64,000 nucleotides of DNA from Marsupella aquatica. Its lineage: Eukaryota > Plantae > Marchantiophyta. Position 1 is the stretch's first letter; every line of letters begins with the position of its first letter. The notes under the pieces are model-generated. The model saw only the letters and a program-made list of their open reading frames with translations, searched no databases and had not been told where the DNA came from. The position numbers and the translations under genes were made by a program. The DNA lies in the NCBI GenBank assembly GCA_973895155.1, contig OZ316895.1, positions 7,304,184 through 7,368,183 on the forward strand. Direction: 5' to 3'. Positions 48,686 through 61,200 of the stretch are shown here, piece by piece.

Positions 48686-48792
48686 GTATACCTCTCGAGT
48701 AAAATTAAAATGGCCACCCCCTAAAGTCTCATTTTGTGAATCCATTAAGTATACCTCTTGCGGAAAATTAAAATTGCCACCCCCTAAAGTCT
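48667..48792. repeat. 63-bp tandem duplication
   Basis: cattttgtgaatccat.aagtatacctct....aaaattaaaat.gccaccccctaaagtct occurs twice. Confidence 0.9.
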
Positions 48793-48947
48793 GGAAGCAA
48801 GTTAAAACATCTGTTTTCTCGATGCGAACCAAGGTACAAGAAACGTCGTATCGTCTCGTCTCTTGCTCACATTGTTTCGATTCCAAGAGAGTGCTGCTCA
48901 TCAACCCTCTGTGTGGCCAAAGGCTCGAGCGAGCCTCTTCTCGAATA

Positions 48948-51900
48948 ATGGCTCCTGTCACGACCTGGTAAGACATCAATCAAGTCCATTTCCATGACTC
49001 CTGCAATTGTATTAAGTTTCTCTCACAAGCTGTGTCCAGAAACGGCTGTTTCTCTTGAGCTGAGCTATGGCTGCCTTCCCCTGCTTCCTGTGCATCTGTT
49101 GTCGTCCAAATCTGTCTCCGATCGCCGTTCTTCTCCATTGTCAGCGCATGTTGCATGTCTCTCAAGAGAGAACTCCTTGAACGCCGATTGGTGTCGAGGG
49201 AAACTTTTAACTCGGCCAACCTGGTCGGAATTGCCTAATGGCTGCTTGCTCTGGTCTACTTCGTTGCTCAATAGAAATTTGTTGTCCAGTGACATTCGAA
49301 CTTTCCGTTGGGTCTAATTTTTAGCTTCCATTAGACAATGACAGGAAAGAGATTTCCAGAGAGAAGAGAACTAGATCACTGACTCGATTTTTGGTTTCCA
49401 CCAGTAGCTCCGCAGGTTTGTTGCTCAGGTTGCCCAGCTCGACGTGCTTTGGCTCTGTGGTTAAAAACGACGTGAAGTGCATTCAGAATGAGAGACCAAT
49501 TCGAATAAAATCGCATTATTCTCGTCGAAATGTTGGAGAAGTGAAGCAGAGCAGCCACAGAACCAAAAGAATGGTGGTGATGGCAACTCCACCTCGAGTG
49601 CAAGATTTGGCAGCCGCAACTGTCCAGACGCCAGCTTTGGTTTTTCCAGCATTCTTACCGCCAGAGGTCCGATTCCTGGAAGAGCCAGCAGCTCGAATTA
49701 TGGCCTCTAAAGTGCAACGGCTCCCTGTGCAAGTGAGTCCTCTTACGGTCAATTACGCTAGAGAAGCAAAAAACTTCACATGAAAACATAAGTACTATAG
49801 CTATACTGTTTGCTGCTGAATGTCTGTCTGGTCTGTTGATGTCTTCAACATCCGTGTTTTCCTTTCAGGATGCAGTGCTCTATGCAATGGCGTCCTGGCA
49901 AGTTTCATTTTGAGCCTTTTTTGGGCATTGACTGCAAGGACCCATGCTAAGGCAATTTCGTGATAATTGGCAGACGAGTCTCTGCCAGCAGCCCATAGGG
50001 ACAAGCTGCGTGGCCCCTACAGTTCAGAGTGCTGACAAGTCACCGGTACTGCTCGTTCATGGATTTGATAGGTAAGTTTGATTTGTTTGTGTGCATCTTC
50101 GGTTCTAGGCTGCAAAAAGAGTATTAAGGATGGTATCAAATATGTCAATACAGTCCTACATAGGGGTGCTTTTCCCGCGTCAAACATTGAATATTTTAGT
50201 AAAAATGATTAATGACTCTGCACATCAGCTCATTGCTGGAGTGGCGTCGCTTATACCCCTTGCTGGAAGCAGGTGGAGTCGAGACTTGGGCTATTGACGT
50301 CCTCGGTTGGGGCTTCTCAAGCACTGGTTAGATATCGCACCCACATTTTCAAGACAGTTGCTCGAGTTGTGTTCCTCGTTGAGTCCTGATTTCACTCAGA
50401 AAAGCTTACGTAGCCATGGTACAATTTTACAGAAGGAGTTTCGTCTTTCGATGTGGCGGCCAAGCGAGAGCATCTTTACGAGGTATATAACATATCACAT
50501 GTGGGACATGTAGGTGAGCTTAAAGTAAGAGTTTTAGAGGAGGACCTAAAGAGTGTTGCTTTATAACTGAAAGAATTTGATAAGACAACTACACTCAATT
50601 GATTTTGAACATAAGGGATGATGGCTTGATTTCAACCTTTGAACTATTGTGTTGTAATTTGCAGTTTTGGAAAACTCATGTGAAAAGACCCATGGTTCTG
50701 GTTGGAGCAAGCCTGGGTGGCTCCATAGTAATTGACTTCGCTGTAGCATATCCCGAAGCAGTACGTATTCTTGCTCTCTTTGTTTCTTGCAGTGCGTTTC
50801 TTGAAACAGTGACCGTATATTTCTGAGCTCGGACCCTCTCAAAACAGATGGTCTGTTCATAGATTGAAAACGCATCTACTTGGATCTTGGGTGCTGTGGG
50901 GTGTTGGACCATTTTCATGTTTTCAAAGATGATTCATTAAGTTTTGGGGGGCAAAGTTTTCTTCAGATTGAAGAACCTGACTGCTTTCATTGGATGACCC
51001 GTATAGGTGTCTAAGCTGATACTCATCGATGCTCAAGGATTTACTGAGGGCGTGGGCAATCTCGCTACTTTTCCAAAACTTTTGGCTTACGCTGGGGTGA
51101 CTTACTAAACCAAGAATGAAATCGAACATTTCGAGATGGCCTTTGTTCATGTTCTGCCACTGTCTTGTCTACCACAGTGACATTCTTGCCCACCCACTGC
51201 TCATTTCCAATCTTCGGAGTACGCACATTTAAGTTTCTATACGTTTAGAACCAGTAGGTATATTGAGGATACACATCGGTGAAGCTGAAGGGATTATGTA
51301 TCGTTATCTTGAAGCGTGCTCAATGAAGTTAGAAGGATTAGATTCTCATGCCAGCTTTTTGCTTTTTCTTTTTCCTGACCAGATTGCTCTACTGAAGAGT
51401 ACACCATTGCGAACATATGCAAATTACCTGGCGTTTAGTAAAATTTCCGTGGCGCTTCTTATTGATGGGATGCGGGTGTGTTGAAATCCCAACTTTTCCT
51501 TACAGCATAGTTTGTGCGTTCAACTTGATAACTCATGCATCATTATCTGAGATTGAAACTATCCGAAGCGAACTCTCTGCCTGACCGAGTCTTTATCCGC
51601 ATGAAAGTATGTCGTCTAGGAGAGCTTTACATGGAACTAGCAATTATTTTATTGAGATGTGATGGGTGACGCCCAGGTGGGGCGATTGCACACATTGGTC
51701 AACGGCTGGTCTGATGCGTCTGTAAGCTTCATGCTGAGCGGAGGCTACAATGTAGTTTCTAGTATTCCAGAGGTAAAGCAAATCTCTAGTAAAAATGGAA
51801 GCCCATCACTTTCTTCCTGATAATTTCGGATGAATGTGCATCTGTTAGCGTACATTGAAAGCTCTCTATGTTCCGTTGTGACGAATTTCAGCATATGTTT

Positions 51901-52331
51901 GAATAGCATTTTCCCTAGGCCAATACGGAACCTTGGAAAATCAGCGTTGCTTCAACAGTATTATTTGAATAAATAAAACCTGCAACAGTTTTATTTGAAT
52001 CTACGAATGCTGTTAATGTGCTGCAGATAAAACAGGAAACTTTGGTGATATGGGGGGAGAAAGACAAAATTCTCCCACCGGAGTACGCTGAGGTTGAATC
52101 TCTTTCACATTTGGCCTCTTCGATAACTGGTTAGTACATGATGTAGACACCAAGAGCTGTATGTATGGGCTGTTTAGCAATTAACCCATTGTCTCGTGAA
52201 TGCAGAGATTTGAAAAGGAGATTCCCAGGGCGCGCTTACAATATGTGAAAGATTCTGGGCACATTCCTCATGTGGAGAAACCGGACATTGTTGCGGACCT
52301 GATATTGGAATTCATAGCCCCAGTTCGATAG
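48948..52331 (+). CDS. Plastid alpha/beta hydrolase, VTE7-like (At5g39220/At1g13820 family), 11 exons
   Basis: Exons 48948-48967, 49405-49732, 49974-50071, 50229-50326, 50433-50482, 50665-50760, 51007-51096, 51383-51475, 51677-51772, 52027-52092, 52206-52331. Motifs: FPAFLP, QRLPV, PVLLVHGFDSSLLEWRRLYPLLE, WAIDVLGWGFS, nucleophile elbow GASLG, FMLSGGY, IWGEKDKI (Asp), SGHIPHVEKP (His). Confidence 0.93.
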
Positions 52332-53204
52332 CTATTTAGTTGAAATTTCAGTTCAGAAAAATTTCGTTGCAATTTTTGGACTCCTAAGTCCAATTGAACC
52401 TATTGTGGATCAGTCACTATCCCGCCAATTTTGCAAGTAAGCTTGTCTGGAGGAAATTTTGAAGATCCATGATAGATCTTGGGTGAATGAAAAATCTCAT
52501 GAGATGTTTGGCTTTTCTAGTGTATGGTTCCCTAACAGGATGTGTACGACGGTTCTAGGTCTGGTTTAGGCTTTTCGAATGTTGTTGGAGAGGATGTCCG
52601 CCCCCCACTCCGTGGGCTGCCACAACAAAGAATTAGAAGTGGCGTGACAATATTTGACGGTTGAAGTGTCAAATGTCACAAAATGTGTCAATGGAAGCGC
52701 TTTCATTTCACCGATTTTTTCCAGCACGATTATTTATGAACTTTCACCACCTCTTCCCATCCTCATAAATAATAAGCTATCGTTCTGTCATGAGCCAAAT
52801 TTAAGGCCATTATGCTAAAACTCAACCAGGACTAATCAAAACACTGGACTGTACCTTGACAATATCTTCAAGGTGCTCGTCCTCGGCAAGTTGAAACAAG
52901 AGTTGATTAAGTAATTTAAAAGTTCGAGTGGCATGGCTTGGCGCCATACAGTAGCACATGAGGATGATGCGAATGTTACGTAGAATTGGAAAGTGGGCAC
53001 AAAGAATTGGCTTATGTAGTCAATGGTACAGATGTGAGGACTGATATTCACTTGGCAATATGAGGATTTTGGGGTACAAAGTACAAACCATCTGCGTATC
53101 GGAAATTGCTCTGGACCAGTCAGTAGCCAAAATCCCAGCGTCTCCTGTAGCTACTGAAGTGGTGCGATACTGTGGGTCTACTCAATTTCGCATCTAACAC
53201 GGGT

Positions 53205-53361
53205 GCTACTGGTGAAGGGATTGATGCGCAGGAGCATGATCTAAGCTCATCGGGTCTTTTGCCTCGCACTAATCTGCTTGGAAGGTAGCACGGATGCTAC
53301 GAGGTGAGGTTGATGGGCAGGAGCATGATCTAAGGTCGTCGGGTCTTTTCCCTTGCACTAA
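53205..53361. repeat. Diverged ~90-bp tandem duplication
   Basis: tgctac..ggtga...ttgatg.gcaggagcatgatctaag.tc.tcgggtctttt.cct.gcactaa occurs twice. Confidence 0.8.
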
Positions 53362-53471
53362 GCTCGTCCTCGTTAGCTGCGGTGCAGCTCCATCCAAAGC
53401 GATGGTTCCATTCATGTGAGCGAAGAAGCGATAATTACTCCAAAGCCGTGTGTGGTCTTCTAGGACAACAG

Positions 53472-53632
53472 CATGGTTGTTCGAGGTTTCGTCCTCAATG
53501 TCGCCACCTTGTTGGCTCTCACTTGCTTGCCACTCGTGTCCTTGAATTTTCCCATGGTCGTTCGAGGTTTCCCCCTCAATCTCGCCACCTTGCCGGCTCT
53601 CACTTGCTTGTCACTAGTGTCCCTGATTTTTT
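53472..53632. repeat. 81-bp tandem duplication
   Basis: catggt.gttcgaggttt...cctcaat.tcgccaccttg..ggctctcacttgcttg.cact.gtgtcc.tga occurs twice. Confidence 0.9.
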
Positions 53633-55114
53633 TCTGTAAACTTTAACCCCGAGGGTCCTCTTGAGCGCGCCGACCTGATGCGTGGCAAGGGCCGCGGGTT
53701 CGGTCCGGGAAGGAATCAAGGACGCGGACATCCTGGGAGAAAGGTGGTTCTGACTTCTGCGCTATAGCGGTCCATTATTTTGTCGTCGGCCATGATGGTG
53801 CGCAATTATCCAGAGTGGGGACTGTCAAGATAATGATCACGCTCTACTTTTGAGGAGTAGAAAAGAAGGAAGAAAAGCGAGTCTAAAAAGGTACCCTGGA
53901 CTCTTTCGTTGAATTCAATGAAATCGTTCAAGGCAGAACAACTGGTAGCTTGACAAAGACAGCATTCAGAGTTCGAGCCTGGGTGGCCCAGACAAAGGCT
54001 TTCTTTCCGCAGGCAGCCCGACCTCAGCAAGGTCAATCAAGAGTGGGTTGGCAGCACGCTTGACATCATTCTGTCGTGTCAGATGCCAGCAGACGTCGTC
54101 TCAGATATGACATGCTTTAAGTGTCTCTAACAACTTTCTCCGATCGGTAAAGTCCAAGACATCAACAGAATGATGTATTTTCCAAAAACCACGAATCGGG
54201 ATATTTCTAGTTGCCAGCTAGCCTCATTTCTTTGAATTTCATGTCGAGTTCCCGGTACGACCATTGAAATCAGCATCCATTCATGACTCCTCTCAAGAAG
54301 CCAAGGTGACTGACCACCAAGTGCACACAAAACGAGGATATTGGATTTAGTTTCACAACCGAAGCTCTAGTAGGCCTCAGCGGAATGATGATAAGTCCAA
54401 CCTGTTCCATGTGATGAGACAGTCTGAATTGACGAAAAGATGTTCTTGCAAAATAAAAAGAACTTTCAAATATCATATAAAAATAGTCTGACAAGGAGTA
54501 GATCTCTGGAAACTATTCCTGACAAGTCTTTATGAATGGAATTCAAAAGATTTCAAGGCAAAACCAATGTCTGACTGTTCACTGCATAAGGTTGAGCTCC
54601 GTACCGTATACTGACTTTAGGAATGGAATTCATTTGGTTTTTTCGAGGGAAAAAAAAACCAATGCGCATAAAGGTTGAGAGCTCCGTACCGTATGAAGAA
54701 GTTGAGCTCTTAATATTTTCACTAAGCAAACGCTATGCAAGAACGTTTATCCCACGAGTGAAGTATTTTGTACGCGTATTTCATAGAGTAGGCTGAGGTG
54801 GGCACAACAATCGATGCTGGGAAAATTTTGTCCCCAGTGCACGGTCCGACTAAGTTACTTACGGACTTGGCAACGTGAAAACCGGAAAACGATTGTGCAA
54901 CATCAATGATTTCCTCAACAAATTCCACTTCGTTCGTTTCCATTATGTTCCAAGGACCTTAGCCTTTCGTTTGTGCGAAACGCACTTACAATCGGCATCG
55001 TCGTCGTGTAGTTTTGCAGAGAAAATTTAAAGTTGCGCATCAAAGAACTCCGGGCTTCCGTGATTTCTGTTTGCGCCTTGCACTTCTTGCTCCTGCACAT
55101 CGAGTTCGCGGTTT

Positions 55115-55182
55115 CCTTGCTCTAGCAAATCGGGCTCTCGATGTCCTTGCTCTAGCAAATCGGGCTCTCGATGTCCTTGCTC
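55115..55182. repeat. 30-bp tandem repeat (2+ copies)
   Basis: ccttgctctagcaaatcgggctctcgatgt twice exactly, plus partial flanking copies. Confidence 0.9.
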
Positions 55183-55274
55183 GTGCTCCTGCAATTCGAG
55201 TGAAATGTGAAGTGGTGATTTACGATAATATATAAATTTCAAGCTACTGATAGAATGACAAGTTTTCACGTCAT

Positions 55275-58200
55275 TCATGCCTACAAAATTACGCTCCGAC
55301 TATTCCGAGTCAAAGCAGTATCATCCCCAAGTTTCCGTCCCTTTTAGACGTGAACCATATTTTCCACTGTGTTGACGCACTTCGCGAACACCTGTCATTT
55401 CCACTCGTCTAGAAGTCGCAAAAGATGAACACCAAATAATGGTCGACGTCTCAGGTCAAAGTCCAACGATGTACTGGAGTAAATTACAAACTCCTCGGCG
55501 AACAGATGTGGCCGGACTTCTGAGCACTCAGAATACGATGCAGTAGTGGTGACTCTAAAAAGCATCCCGACAGAAAAGACGTACCATTTGTAAAGTTGGT
55601 TTCTCCGAGCTCGAATGACTGAACGGGGGCGCTTCATGGCTTGAGAGATCCTCATCGCTCGAATCCGACTCTGAATCCACAACAAATTCTACCCGTCGAA
55701 TGGCTTCGATCTTATCCAATACTTCAGCCATGTCAGGGCGCTTGTCAGGAATTGGCGTCACACAGGCCATAGCAGTCTGAAGAAGAGAAACCATCCCGTC
55801 CTCCCCATGCAGGTAAGTCTTCAGCTCCAGGTCAAATACCTCCCCCGTCCATTCTTCCCTCACCACTGACTGTACCCATCTTGGAAGGTCGATACCATCG
55901 CCTTCTAACGACACTGCTGGCTGACGGCCTGTGTCATCCAATAGACACGATGATTGAAAGATAATTCACTGAGTAAGTTGCCACCTACACAACTAAAAGT
56001 TGACAATCCTCAGCCTTCACGTCTATCGTGAAGTTTTGCTGTTGATTCGGTAACAACAGATTCTAGCTAGGCGAAAGCGTCATCATACAGAAATAGATAC
56101 ACAAATTGAGGAAGGAAAGAATGAATGAACGTCCCACTAGGAGTTCGGGTCACTTCAGTTCTGACGAGAAAGATGTGTGAATATCTCTCCCGTCCAGTGA
56201 ACCCGAATATTCAAGTTACTTGTGCTGACAAGAATTCGAACATCGTAAACATTTTCTTGCGCACCTGTCAAGAGTTCCAAGAGCAGGACACCGAAGCTGT
56301 ACACATCCGCCTTGTGTGAAAGTTTTCTCGTTTGATGGTATTCTGGAGCTCGATAACCGGCCATTCGCCGGGCCGCTGCCACAGGGGTCATCAGTGGCAC
56401 GAGACCGAAGTCTGCTATCTGCACCTCGAAGTTCCTTCCAATGAGGACGTTGGACGATTTTAGGTTTCCGTGAGGGACCTTCACAGACTTGCATTCTTGG
56501 TGCAAGAACATCAAGCCTCGAGCGATACCAGCTGCAATAGCGAGCCGTGAGGGCCACTCGAGCGGGGTGCGGCCTGGACCTCGACTACCTGTTTCAGGTT
56601 GTCAAAGACCATATTATTTAGACATTAGATGCACAACCCGAGCGATAAAGGTACTCTGGCCACAGAATAATTTTTTCACACTGAAAGATACAACAATAAC
56701 AGGACAATTAATCTTACTTTTCTCTTTCTATGAAAAGTAGAAGGAAGGCAAAATTACATCGCTCCAAACGGAATTCAATTTTGGTATACAAACTGCAGAG
56801 AACTTGAAGGATATGAATCACTTAAATAGCAAAGCCAAAGAGTCCTACAACCAACCATGAAGCAGCGAGAACAGGCTCCCGTTAGGCATGAAATCGCAAA
56901 TAACAAGCCTCTCGTCTTTCGCGAAGTAGTAGGCCCTCAGTGGTACAAGATCGCGGTGCCTTAACCTTCCCAGCATTTGCATGTGCTCATCGAACTCCTT
57001 CTTTCCCACATCTCTCACATCTCTCACATCCTTAAGTCTCTTGACAACAACTATGTTTCCATCATCCAACACCGCCTTGTAGGCGGTTCCGAGGCTTCCT
57101 TTGCCCAGCATCTCCGCCGATGCACGTAGCAAATCTTCCAAATCATAGTCAGGATGACTGTCATCCAAGAAGGAAAGCTTCATGCTTTCAGGTTCCCCGA
57201 AAGATGTTGACATGCCGTTGTCACCATTATTCTTGCCGGAAACTTTTTCCGCCGACTGCCCCCTGATGTAGTAAATTTTGACAAAGCCAAGAATGAGGAG
57301 TACCATGGCGAGAGAACCACCCGCAATGAGTGTGATATTAAGAGGGGTCAGCACCTTTCCAGTTGATGATGGGGTAAAAATGTGCGTATTGCTTGGGTCG
57401 GTTCTAACGTCCGCCGATGGAGGAGTTGCTGAAAGGCATGGAGTCGCGATGGAAGGTCCACACAAGCCAACATTTCCGGCAAAAGCAGTCGGGAACCTTT
57501 GTACCAAGTCCTCCGGAACGCCACCTATCAACGAGTTGTCGCTTAGATTAAGGAACTGAATGTCTGGAGGGAGACTTGGAATGTTTCCCTGAAACTGGTT
57601 ACCGCTGAGATCCAACCTCGTAAGGTTTATTAAACCACTCAGGTCGGGGATTGGACCTGTGAGATTATTGTCTGAAAGGTCTAGCATGGCAAGCCTTTCG
57701 GGAAGCGTAGGGAAAGTACCAGAAAATTCAGCATTCTGTGCCCAAATTTGCAATAGACCTGTGAGATTTGATAAATCGCGTGGAAGTGATCCACTGAATG
57801 AATTGTTTGGAAGAATCAAGTACCGAAGTTCGCTCAACCTGCTCAACGTATTCTCCGGAAAGGTACCCTTCAGCTGCATGTCCGGCAATTTGACGGTATC
57901 CACTCGTCCCCTATCATTGCACAAAATTCCTAACCAAACGGGTGAGCCTAGGACTCCGCAAGGATTAGTGAAACCGTTCCACGATTGATTCAGCACCCCA
58001 CTTGTATCCGCGGCCGTTTTAAATGCAATCAGACCTCCGATATCGATTTGAACGTGTTGAGAATCACAAAACCGTAACGAAGACGGAATGAAAACAGGGC
58101 ACAATACCAAGAGGCAGAATCCCCAATTTATCTGCCATAGGAGATCGCTTAGCTTGTCGACGACTGTGCCTGGCACTCTTCTTGATCCGTGATTGGCCAT
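55275..58200 (-). CDS. LRR receptor-like kinase, LRR-III subfamily (atypical / probably inactive kinase)
   Basis: Exon 1, 58200-56856: signal region, LRRNT W..FTNPC...W.GI.C, LRRs, GN.GLCG cap, TM helix, DLEDLLRASAEMLGKGSLGTAYKA, VVVKRL. Exon 2, 56588-56265: HGNLKSSN, ADFG, GYRAPE, DVYSFG. Exon 3 from 55928: DLPRWVQSVVREEWTGEVFD. The 3' end is either the stop at 55555 or, via donor ATG|gtacgt (55584) and acceptor ttttgtag (55281), a GCA TGA terminal exon ending 55275. Confidence 0.93.
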
Positions 58201-61200
58201 CGGCTTAGTCGAGAAAATGCAAGCTGACGTTCCTTTCTCCTAAGTCGTCTGCACCAGGACCATTCTGCAAGATCCCGCTATTCGAACACCGGATGTATTC
58301 CGCATCTGTGCAGACTGACAAAGGCCATTTCTCTGGCAAAATAATCCTCAATTGCATTATCCCTCAGTTCCGCACCGTCCCCGAGTTCGAATGAATATTG
58401 AAAGTCCGTTTCTCATCCATTATGCCATAATCTTGATAGGCCCATGCGCAACAAAATGCAGCTGCTCAGATGGCAAGAATGGGCAGCCCCGCATGAAGAA
58501 GCTGCGATAGGAGCCTAAGACGGTAACTATTCGTCTGACAGTAGCACAGTAACGTAGACAGCGATCAGCTTTGCAGCTAGCTATACGCCGGTGAAAGGTA
58601 AGAAATCGCGTAGGCCACTCCGGAATAGTCTTTGCAAACGCACCAGCCCAAAAGTCCCTTTATAGACTAGCTCCTAAACGTCTGTACTTTCATTAAGTCA
58701 TCCATGGGGTTGGTGCGTCCCAAAAGGGTCGCTCTCTTTTCCCCGAGATACTACATATTCCCTTTGTCGACAAAATTTCAATGGACAAAAATTCCGGTGG
58801 CTTCAGGCTTCAGGCTGGTCTGCAACATGTAGACCTGTGACGCTAGATGCAGCATTTGTCCGCGCAATTATGAAACCCCGCCATTCACATTTTCCGGTCA
58901 ACCTAACCGTTCCAAGAATTCCACAATGGACGCCCAGAATTCAAGTCAATCTTCAGCTCAAACTTTCAAATTTGTAAAAGTCGGAGTCAGCTCCCAAACT
59001 CTCCTTCAACTAATGTCGCTCTTGCTCGTTGAATTGCAGGAAGCAGGGGCCCGCCTGAACGGATTTGTACACACCGAACCGTCGTTGATGCTTCAATTAC
59101 TCAATTCTCTGCATTCAGACAGTAGGTGCTGCGGCAGCTACAAATGTTGCAGCTGGAAAGTTTGTTGAATCCTCGACGGCTGCATTTATCACCAACGACA
59201 TGGAGCGTCGAATCCGCTAATTTAGCATCAATTCTCCCGAATTGCATTCACTTTTTTTCCGACAACGGTGTCCCACCTCGATCTCCATCCCTCCCTGCAT
59301 GAAACAAAGCGGTAGCTCCAATGCTCCATCGTGTCTGCTACACAGCTCTTCCTTTCCCGAGGAGTCCTGTCTCAACATCATGCCCAACATTCGCTTCCCC
59401 TCGAGCTCCGCATCGATCCACAGCACACCTCGGCGGGGTTGTATTTCCCGCACCATTCATGACCGCTGTCCCCTCTGACTCGGATTTCCTCTTCTACCGC
59501 CGTTTCCAACCCAATAATCGACCCAATCCACCATAATGCCCGAACGCAAACGATTCCTTCGTCGCTCCTCCAATATCATCACCCGCCTTTGTGAATCCTT
59601 TGTTTGCGACCGGAGAGAACATAATCTAGTCCTCCAAACCAACAATTCACTTCATCCTAAACAAGAGGCAACGTAATTGAGCGACACAGAGAGATCGGAA
59701 GCACACAGCACGAAGAGTACAGTACGAAGGGCTCCGAAAGGACACGAGAGAGATGGACTGTTCTCGAATCGTGAGGTTTTCGTCGTGAGCCTTTGGAACA
59801 AACGCTACTACTACTATTAGTTACTCTGTCATCCGTCTTTCCGTCGGTCTTTCCGTTAACTGTTGTCCGTCCACTGGGGCGCTTGCTTCCGCGGCTCCGT
59901 CGCCGTCCGATCTGCCTACTTGTCAGTTCAAATTTTGAAAAGAGGCCGCATCACGCGCCAGAAAGGATTATCCAGAGATCCGTACCATCGGATCAGGCGC
60001 TAAGTGCAAAGGTTAATAACTACTTTTTAAGGCCTCGGACTCCCCCTTTTCTTGTCCTCCCGACGATTTTGCACTTTTTTTAAGTGCAAAGGGGGCTCCA
60101 CTAAACAACAAAAATAATATGGAGACTCAAATTCCCCTATCAGCCACTGTAATAAGGGATCCAGCAAAAATGTCCCCATTGTTTGCTTACTTAAATGAAA
60201 ATGGAAGGGATAAAATGGAAAGACTCACTCCTCCACCTAGCCCAACTTACCCATAATGTGGTGCCTTAAGAGTTTCTTCACAATGTGTTGCCTTAAGAAT
60301 TTCTTTGCCTCATTGCATTTTTTTTGAATTGCCTCACCTACATTTCCTTGTCTCTCTCTCATTTCTTTACCTTGTGTGCATCTCCTTCTCTGGCCTCAAC
60401 ATCTCTGCCTCACTTTCACATCTTTGCTGTTCTTTAACACTGGCCCGATGCCGGTGTGTTGCACAAAAGATGTTGAGGTGATAAAATAATATGGTTATTG
60501 CAAATTTTTTTTTAGGATTTAGTGTTAATGTAAGTTTGAAGAAATACTTCATAGAAATTTAGTTCTCACCTCAATAGCCTATTTCCACTTTACTATAATT
60601 AGTCCGTGGACCCCTTGTTGATCCAAGGAATGTGTGTAAATTTAATGAGTGGAAGCTTGGTTATGTAGGTTTGCAAGGAAATCTCAACCAGGCATGAGTG
60701 GTGCAGGGGTAGATTTTTTCAATCTAAACTTTCAGAAAAACTAAAACTTTGCAAGACAAGTAAAAAGGAGTACAAAAAGTATATCTGCCTTATTGGAGTG
60801 CTCAAGTGATTCACAATTACATTATCATCATTCATTGCTTTTTGAACATTTCTTGCTGATTGCTGATAATTCACGGACTGTTTACAAGCCACTTATAGGT
60901 CACTTAAATCTCAAGAGGTACACCGGTAAATTGTAGATATCTTCTAGCTTCTACTATAGCTTGGTCTAATTATTATGTAATGTCATCTCGGTTGGTCTAA
61001 TCATAACCAGTAGAGCAAGCACAAAGCACTACTAGTACTCATCACATCTGGAACTGCAAGCGGATCTGAGAGTGTGAATTTTTGTTAATGATGAAGCATA
61101 TTTGAATGTATTCATCTCCATTTATGTGAAAATATGGGAACTAATACTAATACTCAACACATTTCGAAGTGCAACTGAATATGGAGGTGGCTGTACTAGA

